Notes under the pieces: model-generated
Told to the model about the DNA's origin: nothing
Database searches by the model: none
Seen by the model: the letters and a program-made list of their open reading frames with translations, nothing else
Assembly (NCBI GenBank): GCA_045543655.1
Contig: JAZPXN010000068.1
Span: 19,407 to 83,406 of the forward strand
Origin: Eubacteriales bacterium
GTDB lineage: Bacteria; Bacillota; Clostridia; Oscillospirales; UBA644
Direction: 5' to 3'
DNA: 64,000 nucleotides
Shown here: piece by piece, positions 1 through 10,781 of the stretch
Layout of the letters: each line of letters starts with the position of its first letter
How positions within the stretch are numbered: position 1 is the first letter of the stretch
Translations under genes and position numbers: made by a program

Positions 1-1
1 G

Positions 2-1474
2 TTCCAAAAGGCCGGCGGCCGCCTGATTTTCCTCGGCAAAAAGCCCTCGCTGGAAAATGCAGTCCCCTCCGACCGACCCGGAAATCTCTTTGACGTTTCC
101 GAGAGAATCACCTTCAGCGAGAGCCAAATCCTCGACGCTTTGGAAAACGTAAGAACCGTTTCCATCAAGGGGGAAGACGGAAAAACCACGAAGAATCTGC
201 TCCATCAGATCCGCTGGGACGGCGACGGAAAATGGGTCTTCATTGCCCACGGCGTAGAACCTTACTGCAAGGATATCTCCACACCCCAAGGCCTGCGCAT
301 CACCTTTGACGGCGATTGGAACGTAACCCTTTACGATTCCATGACCGGCCGAATCCTGCCGGTAAAATCCGAAGCAAAGAATGGGAAAACCTATCTGCGG
401 ACCGTGGTTTACGATTACGATTCCCTTCTTTACCGACTGACGCCCGTGGGCGCACCCCTTCCCGATGGCATCGAAACAGAAGCCGCCGTTCCCGTAATGC
501 AGATCGAAGCCGAATCCGCCAACACAAAGGCGTCGGAGGCCACCGTCATCGAAAACAAGAAAACGAACGTTCTGCCCGTTCCAAACAAAGTAAGATACAC
601 GCTTTCCGAACCCAACGTCTGCCTCATCGATCAGGCCGAATTTGCCAAGGACGACGAGCCCTACCGCCCCATGGAGGAAATTCTCCGGGCCGATAATATC
701 ATTCGCAAGGAACTGGGACTGGAGACTCACGGCGGCCAGGTGGCTCAGCCCTGGGTTCTCGAGAAGATCCCCGCAACCCACACCATCCGCCTGCGTTATA
801 CAGTAGAGTGCACCTTCCGCTGCAGAGTTCCTTACCTCGCCCTGGAAGATGCCGACAAAGCGACGATCCTGCTGAACGGCAAAAAGATCCACATCACCGA
901 CTGCGGATATTACGTGGATAAGGCCATCCGGAAGGTCCTCCTTCCCGCTCTTGCAAAGGGGAAAAACGTCATTGAGGTCATTCTGCCCATCGGACCGAAT
1001 ACCAATACGGAATGGATGTATCTTTTGGGGAATTTTGCAGTGCATAACGAGGGCCGCACCAACGTCCTGTCTCCCCTGCCCGAAACGGTGCCTTTCGATA
1101 ATATCGTCAATCAAGGATTCCCCTTCTACAGTGGATGCTTTACCTATCACATCCCCGTGGAAACGGATGCCGGAGATCTTACCGTACGGCTGCCCCGGTT
1201 CCGCGCCACGGTCAACCGGATTACTCTGGACGGAAGCTCCGACCTGATTGCCTATCCGCCCTATGCGACCACCCTCCCCGTTTCGGCCGGAAAGCACACC
1301 CTGGATCTGACCTCGTATATCCCCCGAACCAACGGCTTTGCTCCGTTGCATACGGTGGTAGACGAATATCAGAACCCCAGAATGTGGCGACAGATCGGCG
1401 ACCGGTGGAGCTACAATTACCGTTTCTCCCCCGAAGGTCTCCTCTCCGAACCCGAAATTACCGTCAATAATTGA
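2..1474 (+). CDS. C-terminal part of a large glycoside hydrolase-like protein (GH106/GH2-like beta-sandwich domains), 5'-truncated by the window edge
   Basis: The frame is open from position 2 (FQKAGGRLIFLG...). The C-terminal features (YLLGNFAV, GFPFYSG, IAYPPY, G-x-H-x-L-x-L, final GLL) resemble rhamnosidase/GH106-like C-termini. The family call is from memory. Confidence 0.55.
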   Translation, partial: FQKAGGRLIFLGKKPSLENAVPSDRPGNLFDVSERITFSESQILDALENVRTVSIKGEDGKTTKNLLHQIRWDGDGKWVFIAHGVEPYCKDISTPQGLRITFDGDWNVTLYDSMTGRILPVKSEAKNGKTYLRTVVYDYDSLLYRLTPVGAPLPDGIETEAAVPVMQIEAESANTKASEATVIENKKTNVLPVPNKVRYTLSEPNVCLIDQAEFAKDDEPYRPMEEILRADNIIRKELGLETHGGQVAQPWVLEKIPATHTIRLRYTVECTFRCRVPYLALEDADKATILLNGKKIHITDCGYYVDKAIRKVLLPALAKGKNVIEVILPIGPNTNTEWMYLLGNFAVHNEGRTNVLSPLPETVPFDNIVNQGFPFYSGCFTYHIPVETDAGDLTVRLPRFRATVNRITLDGSSDLIAYPPYATTLPVSAGKHTLDLTSYIPRTNGFAPLHTVVDEYQNPRMWRQIGDRWSYNYRFSPEGLLSEPEITVNN

Positions 1475-1486
1475 CCGAATACAAAC

Positions 1487-1515
1487 CGATCCCCGGACCG
1501 TTGGTCCGGGGATCG
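1487..1515. terminator. Hairpin between convergent genes (likely bidirectional terminator)
   Basis: CGATCCCCGGACC-gtt-GGTCCGGGGATCG, a perfect 13-bp inverted repeat. Confidence 0.8.
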
Positions 1516-1526
1516 TACTATTTGAT

Positions 1527-2378
1527 TCAATTCTTCAAATATTCCGTTAACTTCGGAAGCAAGCTCTCGGTAAGGGTGCGCCCCTGCTGATAGCCATCCC
1601 GTAGCAGTGCCATATTTTTCTCCGTACGGGAAATGTTCAACGGATCACTAGGTGCGATTACGAAGATCTTTCCCTCGTTTTCCAATCTTTTCACCAAGTC
1701 AAGGCTCTCGTTATAGACCGCGTGCCGGTTTTTCATATCCTCGACCAGTTTGGGATAATTTCGATATTTCAGCCGAATGAGAGGGATGGTTTTTTCTTTG
1801 GATTTCCGGAATGCACGATGGCGGGTCAGTACCACGATCACTTTATCAAAACCCATCTCCAGGGCCTTCTTCACGGGGATGGGATCGGAAACGCCACCGT
1901 CCAGATATTTCTGCCCCCGGAGATCCACCATACGGGCCGCAAGCGGCAAAGAACTGGAAGCGCGAACCCAATCCACGTCACGGAACATATCTTCGACCCG
2001 ATGATATTCCGGCGCTCCGGTCTCAACGTTGGTCACGACGGTATATAACTCCGTTTTTCCGGCGAGAAAGGCATCGTTATCAATGGGATACAGCTCCTCG
2101 GGAATCTTGTGATACAGGAAATCCGCACCGAACAGATCTCCCGTCCGGACGAGACTGGATAAGCTGCAATAATCCTTATTGTCCAGATAATCGGTCATGA
2201 CGGCAAATCCCCGCCCCTTTTGCTTCGTCAGAAAGCTGCAGGCAAGACAAGCACCGGCCGAAACGCCGATACAGGCGTCCGGTTCAATATTACGTTCCAG
2301 AAATACGTCCAGAACACCGGCAGTAAATACGCCACGCATGGCACCGCCTTCCAGAACGATACACGTCTTCATAGGCAT
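1527..2378 (-). CDS. Patatin-like phospholipase family protein (DUF6363-type C-terminus)
   Basis: Motifs LEGGAMRG, GVSAG (GxSxG nucleophile) and YLDGG. Confidence 0.9.
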   Translation of the reverse strand: MPMKTCIVLEGGAMRGVFTAGVLDVFLERNIEPDACIGVSAGACLACSFLTKQKGRGFAVMTDYLDNKDYCSLSSLVRTGDLFGADFLYHKIPEELYPIDNDAFLAGKTELYTVVTNVETGAPEYHRVEDMFRDVDWVRASSSLPLAARMVDLRGQKYLDGGVSDPIPVKKALEMGFDKVIVVLTRHRAFRKSKEKTIPLIRLKYRNYPKLVEDMKNRHAVYNESLDLVKRLENEGKIFVIAPSDPLNISRTEKNMALLRDGYQQGRTLTESLLPKLTEYLKN

Positions 2379-2384
2379 TGCTCC

Positions 2385-3800
2385 TTACCGACTCTCCGAA
2401 AGAGCTCGGTCAATGGCGCTTGCTGCGGTCTTTCCGGCGCCCATGGCAAGTATAACCGTTGCCGCCCCGGTCACTGCATCCCCACCGGCGTAGATTCCGG
2501 AGCGGGAGGTCAAGCCGTCTTCATTAACGATAATACCGCCCTTACGGTTCACCTCAAGCCCGTCGGTCGTGGATTTGATCAAGGGATTGGGGCTGGTACC
2601 AATGGACATGATCACGCAGTCCACCTCCAGATCAAAATCAGAGCCGGGAACCTCCACCGGGCTACGGCGACCGGTAGCATCCGGTTCCCCTAATTCCATA
2701 CGCACGCAACGGATGGCGGTTACGGTGCCGTTTCTGGGATCCCGTTTCTCCTCGGCATTATGATATCCGAGAATCTCCTTGGGATTGCACAGAAGCCGAA
2801 ATTCGATCCCCTCTTCCATAGCGTGCTCCACTTCTTCTTTCCGGGCGGGCAATTCGTCCATACTGCGGCGATAAACGATATAGACCTTCTCGGCCCCCAG
2901 ACGCAGAGCGGTACGGGCAGCATCCATAGCGACGTTTCCGCCACCCACCACGGCAACGCGCTTTGCCCGCTGAATGGGGGTTGAAGCATCCGCACGGTAA
3001 GCCTTCATAAGATTGCTGCGGGTCAAAAATTCATTGGCCGAATAAACCCCCTTCAAGGATTCTCCGGGAATTCCCATAAAGCGGGGCAGCCCGGCGCCGC
3101 TTCCGATAAAAACGGCTTCAAATCCAGCCTCAAACAGCTCGTCCACCGTAAGGGTCTTGCCGATTACGATATTGGTCTCGATCTTAACGCCGAGGCCCTT
3201 TAACGTCTCCACTTCCTTACGCACGATCTCTTTTGGAAGGCGGAATTCGGGAATTCCGTAAACCAAAACGCCACCGGCAACATGGAGCGCTTCGTAAACC
3301 GTTACGTCATACCCCTTTTTGGCCAGATCTCCGGCGCAGGTGAGGCCGGAAGGCCCGGAGCCCACGACGGCAACCCTATGACCGTTAGAAGGAGCCGGAG
3401 CCACGGCGTTTCCGGAATGATCGTTATGCCAATCTGCGACGAATCGCTCCAAACGCCCGATCCCCACGGGCTCCCCTTTTATGCCGCGAACACATTTGCT
3501 TTCGCACTGACTTTCCTGGGGACAGACCCGACCGCAGACGGCAGGCAGACTGGAGGATCGAGAAATGATCTGATAGGCTCCTTCGAAATCCCCTTCCCGG
3601 ACCTTTGCAATAAAAGCGGGAATATGAATATTTACGGGACAACCGGCCACGCAGGGCATATGCTTGCACTCCAAACAACGGGAGGCCTCCGCCAAAGCGA
3701 GAGGCTCGGTGTACCCAAGGGCAACTTCATCAAAATTTCGGGCGCGAACCGCGGGGTCCTGGGTAGGCATAGGATTCTTTTTCGGATCCATATTCGCCAT
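2385..3800 (-). CDS. nfnB: NfnB / glutamate synthase small-subunit-like (GltA-type) NADPH flavoprotein
   Basis: Fe-S motifs RCLECKHMPC..GCP and CGRVCPQESQC; two Rossmann motifs GSGPSG and GGGNVA; adjacent to nfnA. Confidence 0.85.
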   Translation of the reverse strand: MANMDPKKNPMPTQDPAVRARNFDEVALGYTEPLALAEASRCLECKHMPCVAGCPVNIHIPAFIAKVREGDFEGAYQIISRSSSLPAVCGRVCPQESQCESKCVRGIKGEPVGIGRLERFVADWHNDHSGNAVAPAPSNGHRVAVVGSGPSGLTCAGDLAKKGYDVTVYEALHVAGGVLVYGIPEFRLPKEIVRKEVETLKGLGVKIETNIVIGKTLTVDELFEAGFEAVFIGSGAGLPRFMGIPGESLKGVYSANEFLTRSNLMKAYRADASTPIQRAKRVAVVGGGNVAMDAARTALRLGAEKVYIVYRRSMDELPARKEEVEHAMEEGIEFRLLCNPKEILGYHNAEEKRDPRNGTVTAIRCVRMELGEPDATGRRSPVEVPGSDFDLEVDCVIMSIGTSPNPLIKSTTDGLEVNRKGGIIVNEDGLTSRSGIYAGGDAVTGAATVILAMGAGKTAASAIDRALSESR

Positions 3801-3801
3801 C

Positions 3802-4647
3802 TTATTCGTCCCCCTTCTTCAAAAGATTGCAATGGGCGTCGTAAGCGTGGCGCTCGAAGTCACGGTACATAGTAGCTCTTTCCATAGCTTCGTCAAAGTC
3901 TACTTCAAATCCGTTGAAGTCCGGACCGTCCACACAGGCAAATTTCACCTTCCCACCCACCGTCAGCCGGCATCCGCCGCACATACCGGTACCGTCAATC
4001 ATGATGGGATTCATGGAAACGGTAGTTTTGATCCCGTAGGGACGGGTGGTCAGGGTGACGAATTTCATCATCACGAGAGGGCCGATCGCGATCACTTCGT
4101 CATACGCCTCTCCGGCCTGCAACGCTTCCTTTAAAGGATCGGTGACCAGGCCCCTTTCCCCGGCGGAACCGTCGTCGGTCATCAGGATCAGACGAGAAGA
4201 CACCCTGGCAAACTCGTCTTCCAGAATGACGAGATCGCGATTGCGGAAACCGATAATAGAATGGACTTCACAGCCCATTTCATGTAATTTCTGTGCCACG
4301 GGCAACGCGATCGCGCAACCGACACCGCCACCGACGATGCAGACTTTTTTCCGACCTTCCGTCTCCGTGGCGTTACCGAGGGGACCAACGAAATCCGAAA
4401 CCGTCTCCCCTTCTTCCTTTCGGTTCAAGGCGCCCGTGGTGGCACCCACGATCTGAAAGATAATCCGCACCGTACCTTCCTCCCGGTCATAGCCGGCCAC
4501 GGTCAGAGGAATCCGTTCGCCCTCTTCATCCACGCGAAGGATAATAAATTGGCCGGGCTGGGCCTTTTTTGCAACGAGAGGCGCCTCGATATCCATCATG
4601 GTAACGGTGGAATTCAAGGCCTTTTTGCGCTTGATAAGATAACTCAT
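3802..4647 (-). CDS. nfnA: NfnA / sulfide-dihydroorotate dehydrogenase-like FAD/NAD-binding subunit
   Basis: PGQF, ERIPLT, GGGVG, and the [2Fe-2S] motif MIDGTGMCGGCR...CVDGP. Confidence 0.85.
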   Translation of the reverse strand: MSYLIKRKKALNSTVTMMDIEAPLVAKKAQPGQFIILRVDEEGERIPLTVAGYDREEGTVRIIFQIVGATTGALNRKEEGETVSDFVGPLGNATETEGRKKVCIVGGGVGCAIALPVAQKLHEMGCEVHSIIGFRNRDLVILEDEFARVSSRLILMTDDGSAGERGLVTDPLKEALQAGEAYDEVIAIGPLVMMKFVTLTTRPYGIKTTVSMNPIMIDGTGMCGGCRLTVGGKVKFACVDGPDFNGFEVDFDEAMERATMYRDFERHAYDAHCNLLKKGDE

Positions 4648-4657
4648 AAATACACCT

Positions 4658-5353
4658 TTAATGCTCGATCTTTTTCAGATCGCAAAGAATTAACCGTTTC
4701 TCCTCCACCCGGAAGGAAATATGATAACCGCCACATTCAAAAGAATAAAGCCGTTCCGGATCCCTCTGATACGCCGGTCTGGGATCTTCGGCAAGAACGC
4801 CCCGGATCAGCCGGACATCGGGATCTGGGATTTCCTTGAAATAACCTTGAGGATCCAAAACCTCCAAGGCATACTCTGCCACCGGCCCGGCAAAGCCGCC
4901 CTTTGCATGGGGAATGAGATCCGCCGTGGGCAGATAGGGTTTGATATCGTAAATAGGCGTTCCGTCCATCAAATCGCCTCCGCAGACCTCAAGAACGGGT
5001 CCCTCGGGGGACGAGAGAACGATATTTTTGATCTCTACGCAGGACAAACCGATTGCATTGGGCCGATAGGGCGAACGGGTCGCAAATACGCCCATTCGCC
5101 GGTTTCCACCCAACCGCGGGGGGCGGACCGTGGGAGACCATCCGTTGCTTTCCGCTTCGGAGAACTGCCATATGATCCAAAGATGAGAAAACCCTTCCAA
5201 TCCGCGAAGAGCGTCGGGGTTACGGTATTCCGGCTCAAAAACGATCCGGGAAACCGCCTCGGGAACTCTTCCACTCTGCCGTGGAATGCCGAATTTCCCT
5301 GGATAGGGGCTTTTCATCCGGGCGATCACCTTCAGCGTCATTTCCCCATTCAT
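4658..5353 (-). CDS. tsaA: tRNA (N6-threonylcarbamoyladenosine(37)-N6)-methyltransferase TrmO/TsaA
   Basis: [49 protein letters not shown]. Start placed at ATG 5353, which overlaps the uvrA stop (ATGA). Confidence 0.9.
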   Translation of the reverse strand: MNGEMTLKVIARMKSPYPGKFGIPRQSGRVPEAVSRIVFEPEYRNPDALRGLEGFSHLWIIWQFSEAESNGWSPTVRPPRLGGNRRMGVFATRSPYRPNAIGLSCVEIKNIVLSSPEGPVLEVCGGDLMDGTPIYDIKPYLPTADLIPHAKGGFAGPVAEYALEVLDPQGYFKEIPDPDVRLIRGVLAEDPRPAYQRDPERLYSFECGGYHISFRVEEKRLILCDLKKIEH

Positions 5354-8121
5354 GAGAGCTTCTCCAAAAGGGGCTTCAGATAATGGCCGGTATAGGACGC
5401 TGCGCATTCCGCAACCTCTGCAGGAGTGCCTTCCGCCACGATAAAGCCGCCCTTGTCTCCCCCTTCGGGCCCCAGATCGATGACGTGATCGCATACTTTG
5501 ATCACGTCCAGATTATGCTCGATGACAACCACGGTGTTTCCCGCATCGGTCAGCCGCTGAAGCACGTCGATCAGCCGATGCACGTCTGCCGTGTGAAGGC
5601 CGGTAGTGGGTTCGTCGAGAACGTAGACCGTCCGGCCGGTGGAGCGCTTGGACAATTCAGTGGCCAGCTTGACCCGCTGGGCTTCCCCGCCGGAGAGGGT
5701 GGTAGACGATTGACCGATCTTGATATAGCCGAGACCTACGTCGAAAAGGGTCTGCAGCTTCCGACGAAGGGAGGGGAAATTCTCGAAAAATTTCAAACCC
5801 TCTTCTACCGTCATTTCCAAGACGTCGTAGATACTCTTTCCCTTAAACTTGATATCCAGCGTCTCCCGGTTGTACCGCTTTCCGCCGCAAACGTCACAGG
5901 GGACGTAAATATCGGGCAAAAAGTGCATTTCGATCTTGGTAACGCCGTCCCCGGAGCACGCCTCACAGCGCCCGCCATCCACGTTAAACGAGAAGCGGCT
6001 TGCGGTATACCCCTTCGCTTTCGCATCGGGGGTTGCGGCAAACAACTCCCGGATTTCATTGAACATCCCGGTATAGGTGGCGGGATTGGAGCGGGGCGTA
6101 CGGCCGATGGGGCTCTGATCAATATTAACCACCTTATCCACTTGCTCCAAACCGTCCACGCCGTCGCATTCGCCGGGGATCTCATGGGCACGGTTCAGAG
6201 AGGATGCCAAAGTTTTATAGAAGATTTCATTGATCAGACTGGATTTGCCGGAACCGGAAACGCCGGTCACGCAGGTAAATACGCCGAGAGGGATCTTTAC
6301 GTCAATGCCCTTCAGGTTATTTTGCCGGGCGTTGCGGACCGTAAGATACTTCGATCCGATGGGACGGGTCTTTTCGGGAATCTCAATGACTTTTCGCCCG
6401 GAAAGATAATCCCCCGTAATCGAACCTTCACAGGACAGGAGTCCTTCAAATTCGCCGGAATATACCACCTCTCCACCGTGAATCCCGGGGCCGGGGCCAA
6501 TGTCAACGATCCAATCGGCGGCCCGCATGGTATCTTCGTCGTGCTCCACTACGATCAGAGTATTCCCCAAATCCCGGAGGCGCTTCAAGGTCTCGATAAG
6601 CTTGGAATTATCCCGTTGATGCAGACCGATGCTGGGCTCGTCAAGAATATACAAAACGCCGGTCAGCGAGGAACCGATCTGCGTGGCAAGACGAATACGC
6701 TGCGATTCGCCGCCGGAAAGCGTACCGGAGGACCGGGCCAGGGTGAGATAATCCAAACCGACGCTTTTCAAAAAGCCGAGTCGGGAGCGAATCTCTTTCA
6801 GGATCAAATCCGCAATGGCCGCATCCCGTTGATTGAGCTTGAGAGCGTTGATAAAATCCAAAGCGTCCCCCACGGAAAGACGGCAAAACTGATCGATATT
6901 CAGTCCTCCTACCGTAACGGCAAGAGAAAGCTCGTTCAGTCGGGCTCCGTGACATTCGGGACAAGGCTTATTGCTCATCAAAGATTCGTATTCCGCCTTC
7001 GCCCAGGCACTTGTGGTGGACTTATAGCGCCGCTCCATGGTGGGGATGATCCCGTCAAATCCGTCACATCCGTATAAAACCTGATGAACGGTTTCAGGAG
7101 AAACGTCCTTCATTGGAGTACTGAGATTATCGCCGTGAGCCTTGTAAATGGCGGTGACGGCCTTCAGCAGATAAGGATTGGTGGTAATATTACCAAATCC
7201 CATAGCACTGACGGCGCCTTCCATGATATTTTTCGAAGGATCGGTCAAAATGCGGTCGGGATCGATGCGCATTAAATATCCGATGCCGCTGCAGGTCTTA
7301 CAGGCACCCATGGGATTGTTGAAGGAAAACATCCGGGGGGTCAACTCTTCAATACCGACCTCGTGTTCCGGACAGGAATAACGCTGGGAAAACATCCGGT
7401 CTTCCTTCCCATCGTATACGAGAACCAGTCCCTTACTGATACGGGAGGCAGTCTCACAGGAGTCCGTCAGGCGACGGCGAACGTCGGAACGCACGGACAG
7501 ACGGTCCACGACGATCTCAATATCGTGCTTTTTATTCTTTTCCAGTGGAATTTCATCCATAAGATCGCAAATGACCCCGTCCACGCGCACGCGGACGAAT
7601 CCGTTTTTCCTGTAATCTGAAAAAAGCTTGGCGAATTCGCCCTTCCGCCCCCGGATTACGGGAGCCATAATCTGAATACGGGTCCCCTCCGGATATTCCA
7701 TAATGCGATCCACGATCTGATCCAAGGGCTGCTTTTTGATCTCCAGCCCACAGACCGGACAATGAGGAACGCCGATACGGGCGTAGAGAAGCCGAAGATA
7801 GTCGTAGATCTCCGTGGTGGTTCCCACCGTGGAACGTGGATTTTTGGACGTAGTCTTCTGGTCAATCGAGATGGCGGGAGAAAGACCGTCGATACTGTCA
7901 ATATCGGGTTTCTCCATCTGTCCCAGAAACATCCGGGCATAGGAGGAAAGGGATTCCACGTACCGTCGCTGACCTTCCGCGTAAATAGTATCGAAGGCCA
8001 GAGAAGATTTTCCGGAACCGGAAAGGCCGGTAAACACGACGAAACGATCCCGGGGCACGGTCAGATCCACGTTTTTCAGGTTGTTCTGCCGGGCTCCGCG
8101 GATGACAAGTTTATCCACCAT
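5350..8121 (-). CDS. uvrA: Excinuclease ABC subunit A
   Basis: GARQNNLKN, two Walker A motifs ([16 protein letters not shown]), two LSGGE signatures, Zn fingers. Confidence 0.98.
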   Translation of the reverse strand: MVDKLVIRGARQNNLKNVDLTVPRDRFVVFTGLSGSGKSSLAFDTIYAEGQRRYVESLSSYARMFLGQMEKPDIDSIDGLSPAISIDQKTTSKNPRSTVGTTTEIYDYLRLLYARIGVPHCPVCGLEIKKQPLDQIVDRIMEYPEGTRIQIMAPVIRGRKGEFAKLFSDYRKNGFVRVRVDGVICDLMDEIPLEKNKKHDIEIVVDRLSVRSDVRRRLTDSCETASRISKGLVLVYDGKEDRMFSQRYSCPEHEVGIEELTPRMFSFNNPMGACKTCSGIGYLMRIDPDRILTDPSKNIMEGAVSAMGFGNITTNPYLLKAVTAIYKAHGDNLSTPMKDVSPETVHQVLYGCDGFDGIIPTMERRYKSTTSAWAKAEYESLMSNKPCPECHGARLNELSLAVTVGGLNIDQFCRLSVGDALDFINALKLNQRDAAIADLILKEIRSRLGFLKSVGLDYLTLARSSGTLSGGESQRIRLATQIGSSLTGVLYILDEPSIGLHQRDNSKLIETLKRLRDLGNTLIVVEHDEDTMRAADWIVDIGPGPGIHGGEVVYSGEFEGLLSCEGSITGDYLSGRKVIEIPEKTRPIGSKYLTVRNARQNNLKGIDVKIPLGVFTCVTGVSGSGKSSLINEIFYKTLASSLNRAHEIPGECDGVDGLEQVDKVVNIDQSPIGRTPRSNPATYTGMFNEIRELFAATPDAKAKGYTASRFSFNVDGGRCEACSGDGVTKIEMHFLPDIYVPCDVCGGKRYNRETLDIKFKGKSIYDVLEMTVEEGLKFFENFPSLRRKLQTLFDVGLGYIKIGQSSTTLSGGEAQRVKLATELSKRSTGRTVYVLDEPTTGLHTADVHRLIDVLQRLTDAGNTVVVIEHNLDVIKVCDHVIDLGPEGGDKGGFIVAEGTPAEVAECAASYTGHYLKPLLEKLS

Positions 8122-8122
8122 A

Positions 8123-10102
8123 TTATTTTACTCCTTTTAACTTGCGGATCTCGTCCCGCAAACGGGCCGCCGTTTCGAAATCCAACATCTTTGCGGCCGC
8201 ATACATCTCTTTGGTCAGCTTTTCGATCAATCCGAGGCGGTCGTCCTTGGAAAGCTTCTTGTAATCGATCTCGCGCTTCTCCGAACCTTCCACGTCCCTT
8301 GCAACGGTGGAAAAGACCATGTTGTTGTCCACCTTTTTAACGATCGTCTTGGGAACGATGCCGTGAGCTTCGTTGTATTCCATTTGAATCTTGCGCCGGC
8401 GTTCGGTCTCCGTGATCGCGCCTTCCATGGCAGGAGTAACCGAATCCCCGTACATAATGACCTTGCCCTGCGCATTCCGGGCAGCACGGCCAATAATCTG
8501 GATCAAAGAAGTCTCATTCCGCAAAAAACCTTGCTTGTCCGCATCGAGAATCGCCACGAGTGAAACCTCCGGAAGATCCAACCCCTCCCGCAGGAGATTG
8601 ATCCCCACGAGAACGTCAAAATCGCCGTTGCGCAGATCCTTCAAGATCTGAATCCGATCCAGAGTTTCCACGTCATGATGCAGATAACGGACGCGGATCT
8701 CCATTTTTCCCAAATAATCTGCCAGGGATTCCGCCAACTTCTTCGTAACAGTCACGACGAGAACCCGTTCCTGCTTTGCTACGCGGGCGTTGATCTCACT
8801 CAGAAGATCGTCAATCTGCCCTTCCGTAGGCCGCACCGAAATCTCCGGATCAAGAAGGCCGGTAGGGCGAATGATCTGCTCCACGATCTGAGAAGAATTG
8901 CTCCGCTCGAATTCTCCCGGGGTAGCGGACACGTAAACCACCTGATTGACCCGATCGTCGTATTCCTGAAAATTCAACGGACGGTTGTCAAAAGCAGACG
9001 GAAGGCGAAACCCGTAATCCACAAGGCTGGTCTTCCGAGAGCGGTCTCCCCCGCCCATGCCGCGCACCTGGGGCAGCGTAACGTGGGATTCATCCACAAA
9101 CATTAAATAATCGTCGGGGAAATAATCGAGAAGGGTGTGAGGGGTAGAGCCGGGAGCCCGACCCTCCAGAATCCGGGAATAGTTTTCAACGCCCTTACAG
9201 TATCCCACCTGTTTCAGGAATTCTACGTCGTACATCGTGCGTTCGGTGATACGCTGAGCTTCGATCAGCTTTCCCTGAGCGGTAAACCACGCAGCCCTCT
9301 CTTCGGCTTCCGTCAATATTTCTTCGATGGCCTTGTCCATTTTGTCGGGAGTAGTCAGATAATGAACTGCGGGAAAAATCGCATAATAATCATATCGACA
9401 GATCAATTCCCCGGTAATAGGGTCAATCTCGGAGATTCGGTCGATCTCGTCGTCGAAAAACTCCACCCGAATCAGACTTTTCTCCGAATCTGCAGGAAAA
9501 ATCTCCACGATATCACCGTGCACCCGAAAAGTGCCGCGGGCGATATCGAAATCGTTGCGGGTATAATGGATTGCCGTCAGTTCCCGCAAAAACTCCTCCC
9601 GATCTTTTCGCTGTCCGACACGAACCGAGGAAACCTGAGATCGATAGGATTCCGGATCCCCAAGGGCGTAAATGCAGGAAACGCTGGCCACGATAATTAC
9701 GTCCCGGCGCTCGAACAGGGCTGAGGTCGCGGAATGACGCAGCCGATCGATATCGTCGTTAATGCTCATATCCTTTTCGATATACGTATCGGTATGGGCG
9801 ATATAAGCTTCCGGTTGATAATAATCGTAATAGGATACGAAGTATTCCACGGCGTTTTTGGGAAAAAATTCGCGGAACTCCGAGCACAGCTGTGCGGCAA
9901 GGGTCTTGTTATGCGCCAGAATCAAGGTGGGACGGTTCATGGCAGCGATGATATTTGCCATCGTAAAGGTTTTCCCGGAGCCGGTAACCCCCAGAAGAGT
10001 CTGCCGTTTATTGCCTTTCTGTAAGCCACGGACCAATTGTTCTATGGCTTTCGGCTGGTCGCCGGTAGGCTTATATTCAGATGCCAGTTCAAAACGATCC
10101 AT
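8123..10102 (-). CDS. uvrB: Excinuclease ABC subunit B
   Basis: [36 protein letters not shown] and a C-terminal UVR domain. ATG 10102 fits an AAGGAG RBS. Confidence 0.98.
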   Translation of the reverse strand: MDRFELASEYKPTGDQPKAIEQLVRGLQKGNKRQTLLGVTGSGKTFTMANIIAAMNRPTLILAHNKTLAAQLCSEFREFFPKNAVEYFVSYYDYYQPEAYIAHTDTYIEKDMSINDDIDRLRHSATSALFERRDVIIVASVSCIYALGDPESYRSQVSSVRVGQRKDREEFLRELTAIHYTRNDFDIARGTFRVHGDIVEIFPADSEKSLIRVEFFDDEIDRISEIDPITGELICRYDYYAIFPAVHYLTTPDKMDKAIEEILTEAEERAAWFTAQGKLIEAQRITERTMYDVEFLKQVGYCKGVENYSRILEGRAPGSTPHTLLDYFPDDYLMFVDESHVTLPQVRGMGGGDRSRKTSLVDYGFRLPSAFDNRPLNFQEYDDRVNQVVYVSATPGEFERSNSSQIVEQIIRPTGLLDPEISVRPTEGQIDDLLSEINARVAKQERVLVVTVTKKLAESLADYLGKMEIRVRYLHHDVETLDRIQILKDLRNGDFDVLVGINLLREGLDLPEVSLVAILDADKQGFLRNETSLIQIIGRAARNAQGKVIMYGDSVTPAMEGAITETERRRKIQMEYNEAHGIVPKTIVKKVDNNMVFSTVARDVEGSEKREIDYKKLSKDDRLGLIEKLTKEMYAAAKMLDFETAARLRDEIRKLKGVK

Positions 10103-10145
10103 ATCCAATTGCTCCTTTCAAATATCGAACAGATTTCTCCCGTAT

Positions 10146-10174
10146 ATTATAACACAAAAGGGCTTAAAATTCAA
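10146..10174 (-). promoter_or_regulatory. SigA-type promoter for the uvrB operon
   Basis: TTGAAT-17 bp-TATAAT with an extended TG on the minus strand. Confidence 0.6.
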
Positions 10175-10220
10175 TAAAAAACGGGAGAATGTATCAAAAA
10201 AACCAAAAAGTGTTCGAAAA

Positions 10221-10619
10221 TCAGTCTTCTCGTCCTTTCCTTCGATCCAAACGGGATATGATCAGATTTTCAACCACGAAGAACAACGCACACCCCACGG
10301 CGTAACAGATCAGATCCGCCACGGAAAAGGTACTTCCGAGGAGGGTACGAAAAAACCGACTTCCCTGAAGCCCTAAAAGAGATGCGTAATCAAAGTACTG
10401 CCCTACTTCTACTGCAGATGCGAAAAGAAATACGTAGAAAGAGAGAAAGGGCGTTCCGCACGGGAAAACGGTACGAATGAGACAGCAAAGAAGAACCACG
10501 ACCAGGACGTCCCCTACGTAAGGGCGAACGAAAGCGTCCCGCACGAAAAGCGCGATAAGAATCTCCACAGCAAGCAAAACCGAAAATGCGATCCCATATA
10601 AGACCCGGGCCTTCTTCAC
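10221..10619 (-). CDS. DUF2809-like membrane protein
   Basis: RPYVGDVLVV, VEVGQY and LLGSTFS-x-x-DL motifs; hydrophobic helices. Confidence 0.75.
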   Translation of the reverse strand: MKKARVLYGIAFSVLLAVEILIALFVRDAFVRPYVGDVLVVVLLCCLIRTVFPCGTPFLSFYVFLFASAVEVGQYFDYASLLGLQGSRFFRTLLGSTFSVADLICYAVGCALFFVVENLIISRLDRRKGRED

Positions 10620-10724
10620 AAGACGAACCTCCTTGCGGACGTGTTACATTATATTATACCACACAATTTATTAAAATGGAAGTTAAAGAATGAATATGTA
10701 ACAAAATATTCTATTTTTCCCGGT

Positions 10725-10751
10725 GTCGCAATTTCTCCGACGGCATATACT
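10725..10751 (+). promoter_or_regulatory. Putative mother-cell (SigE/SigK-type) promoter
   Basis: GTC...GCATATACT about 30 bp upstream of the ATG; the same GACGGCATATA 11-mer occurs at 32939. Confidence 0.45.
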
Positions 10752-10781
10752 GGAATAAATACCGATCAGGAGGAATCATTT

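Noticed and set aside
2385-3800. Calling this gene glutamate synthase gltD
   Set aside because: No gltB large subunit is adjacent, and the pairing with an NfnA-type gene indicates the NfnAB transhydrogenase.
5383-7077. Long antisense ORFs opposite uvrA, and similarly at 16086-17729, 20174-22150, 22268-24118, 27468-28832, 46891-48693, 55491-57242, 57526-58914 and 59174-60409
   Set aside because: Each lies opposite a well-supported gene and has no recognisable motifs; this is expected from codon usage at this GC content.
10120-10220. LexA/SOS boxes upstream of uvrB (CGAACAGAT, AAGTGTTCG) and recA (42457-42650)
   Set aside because: Only half-sites match GAAC-N4-GTTC; no convincing full palindrome.
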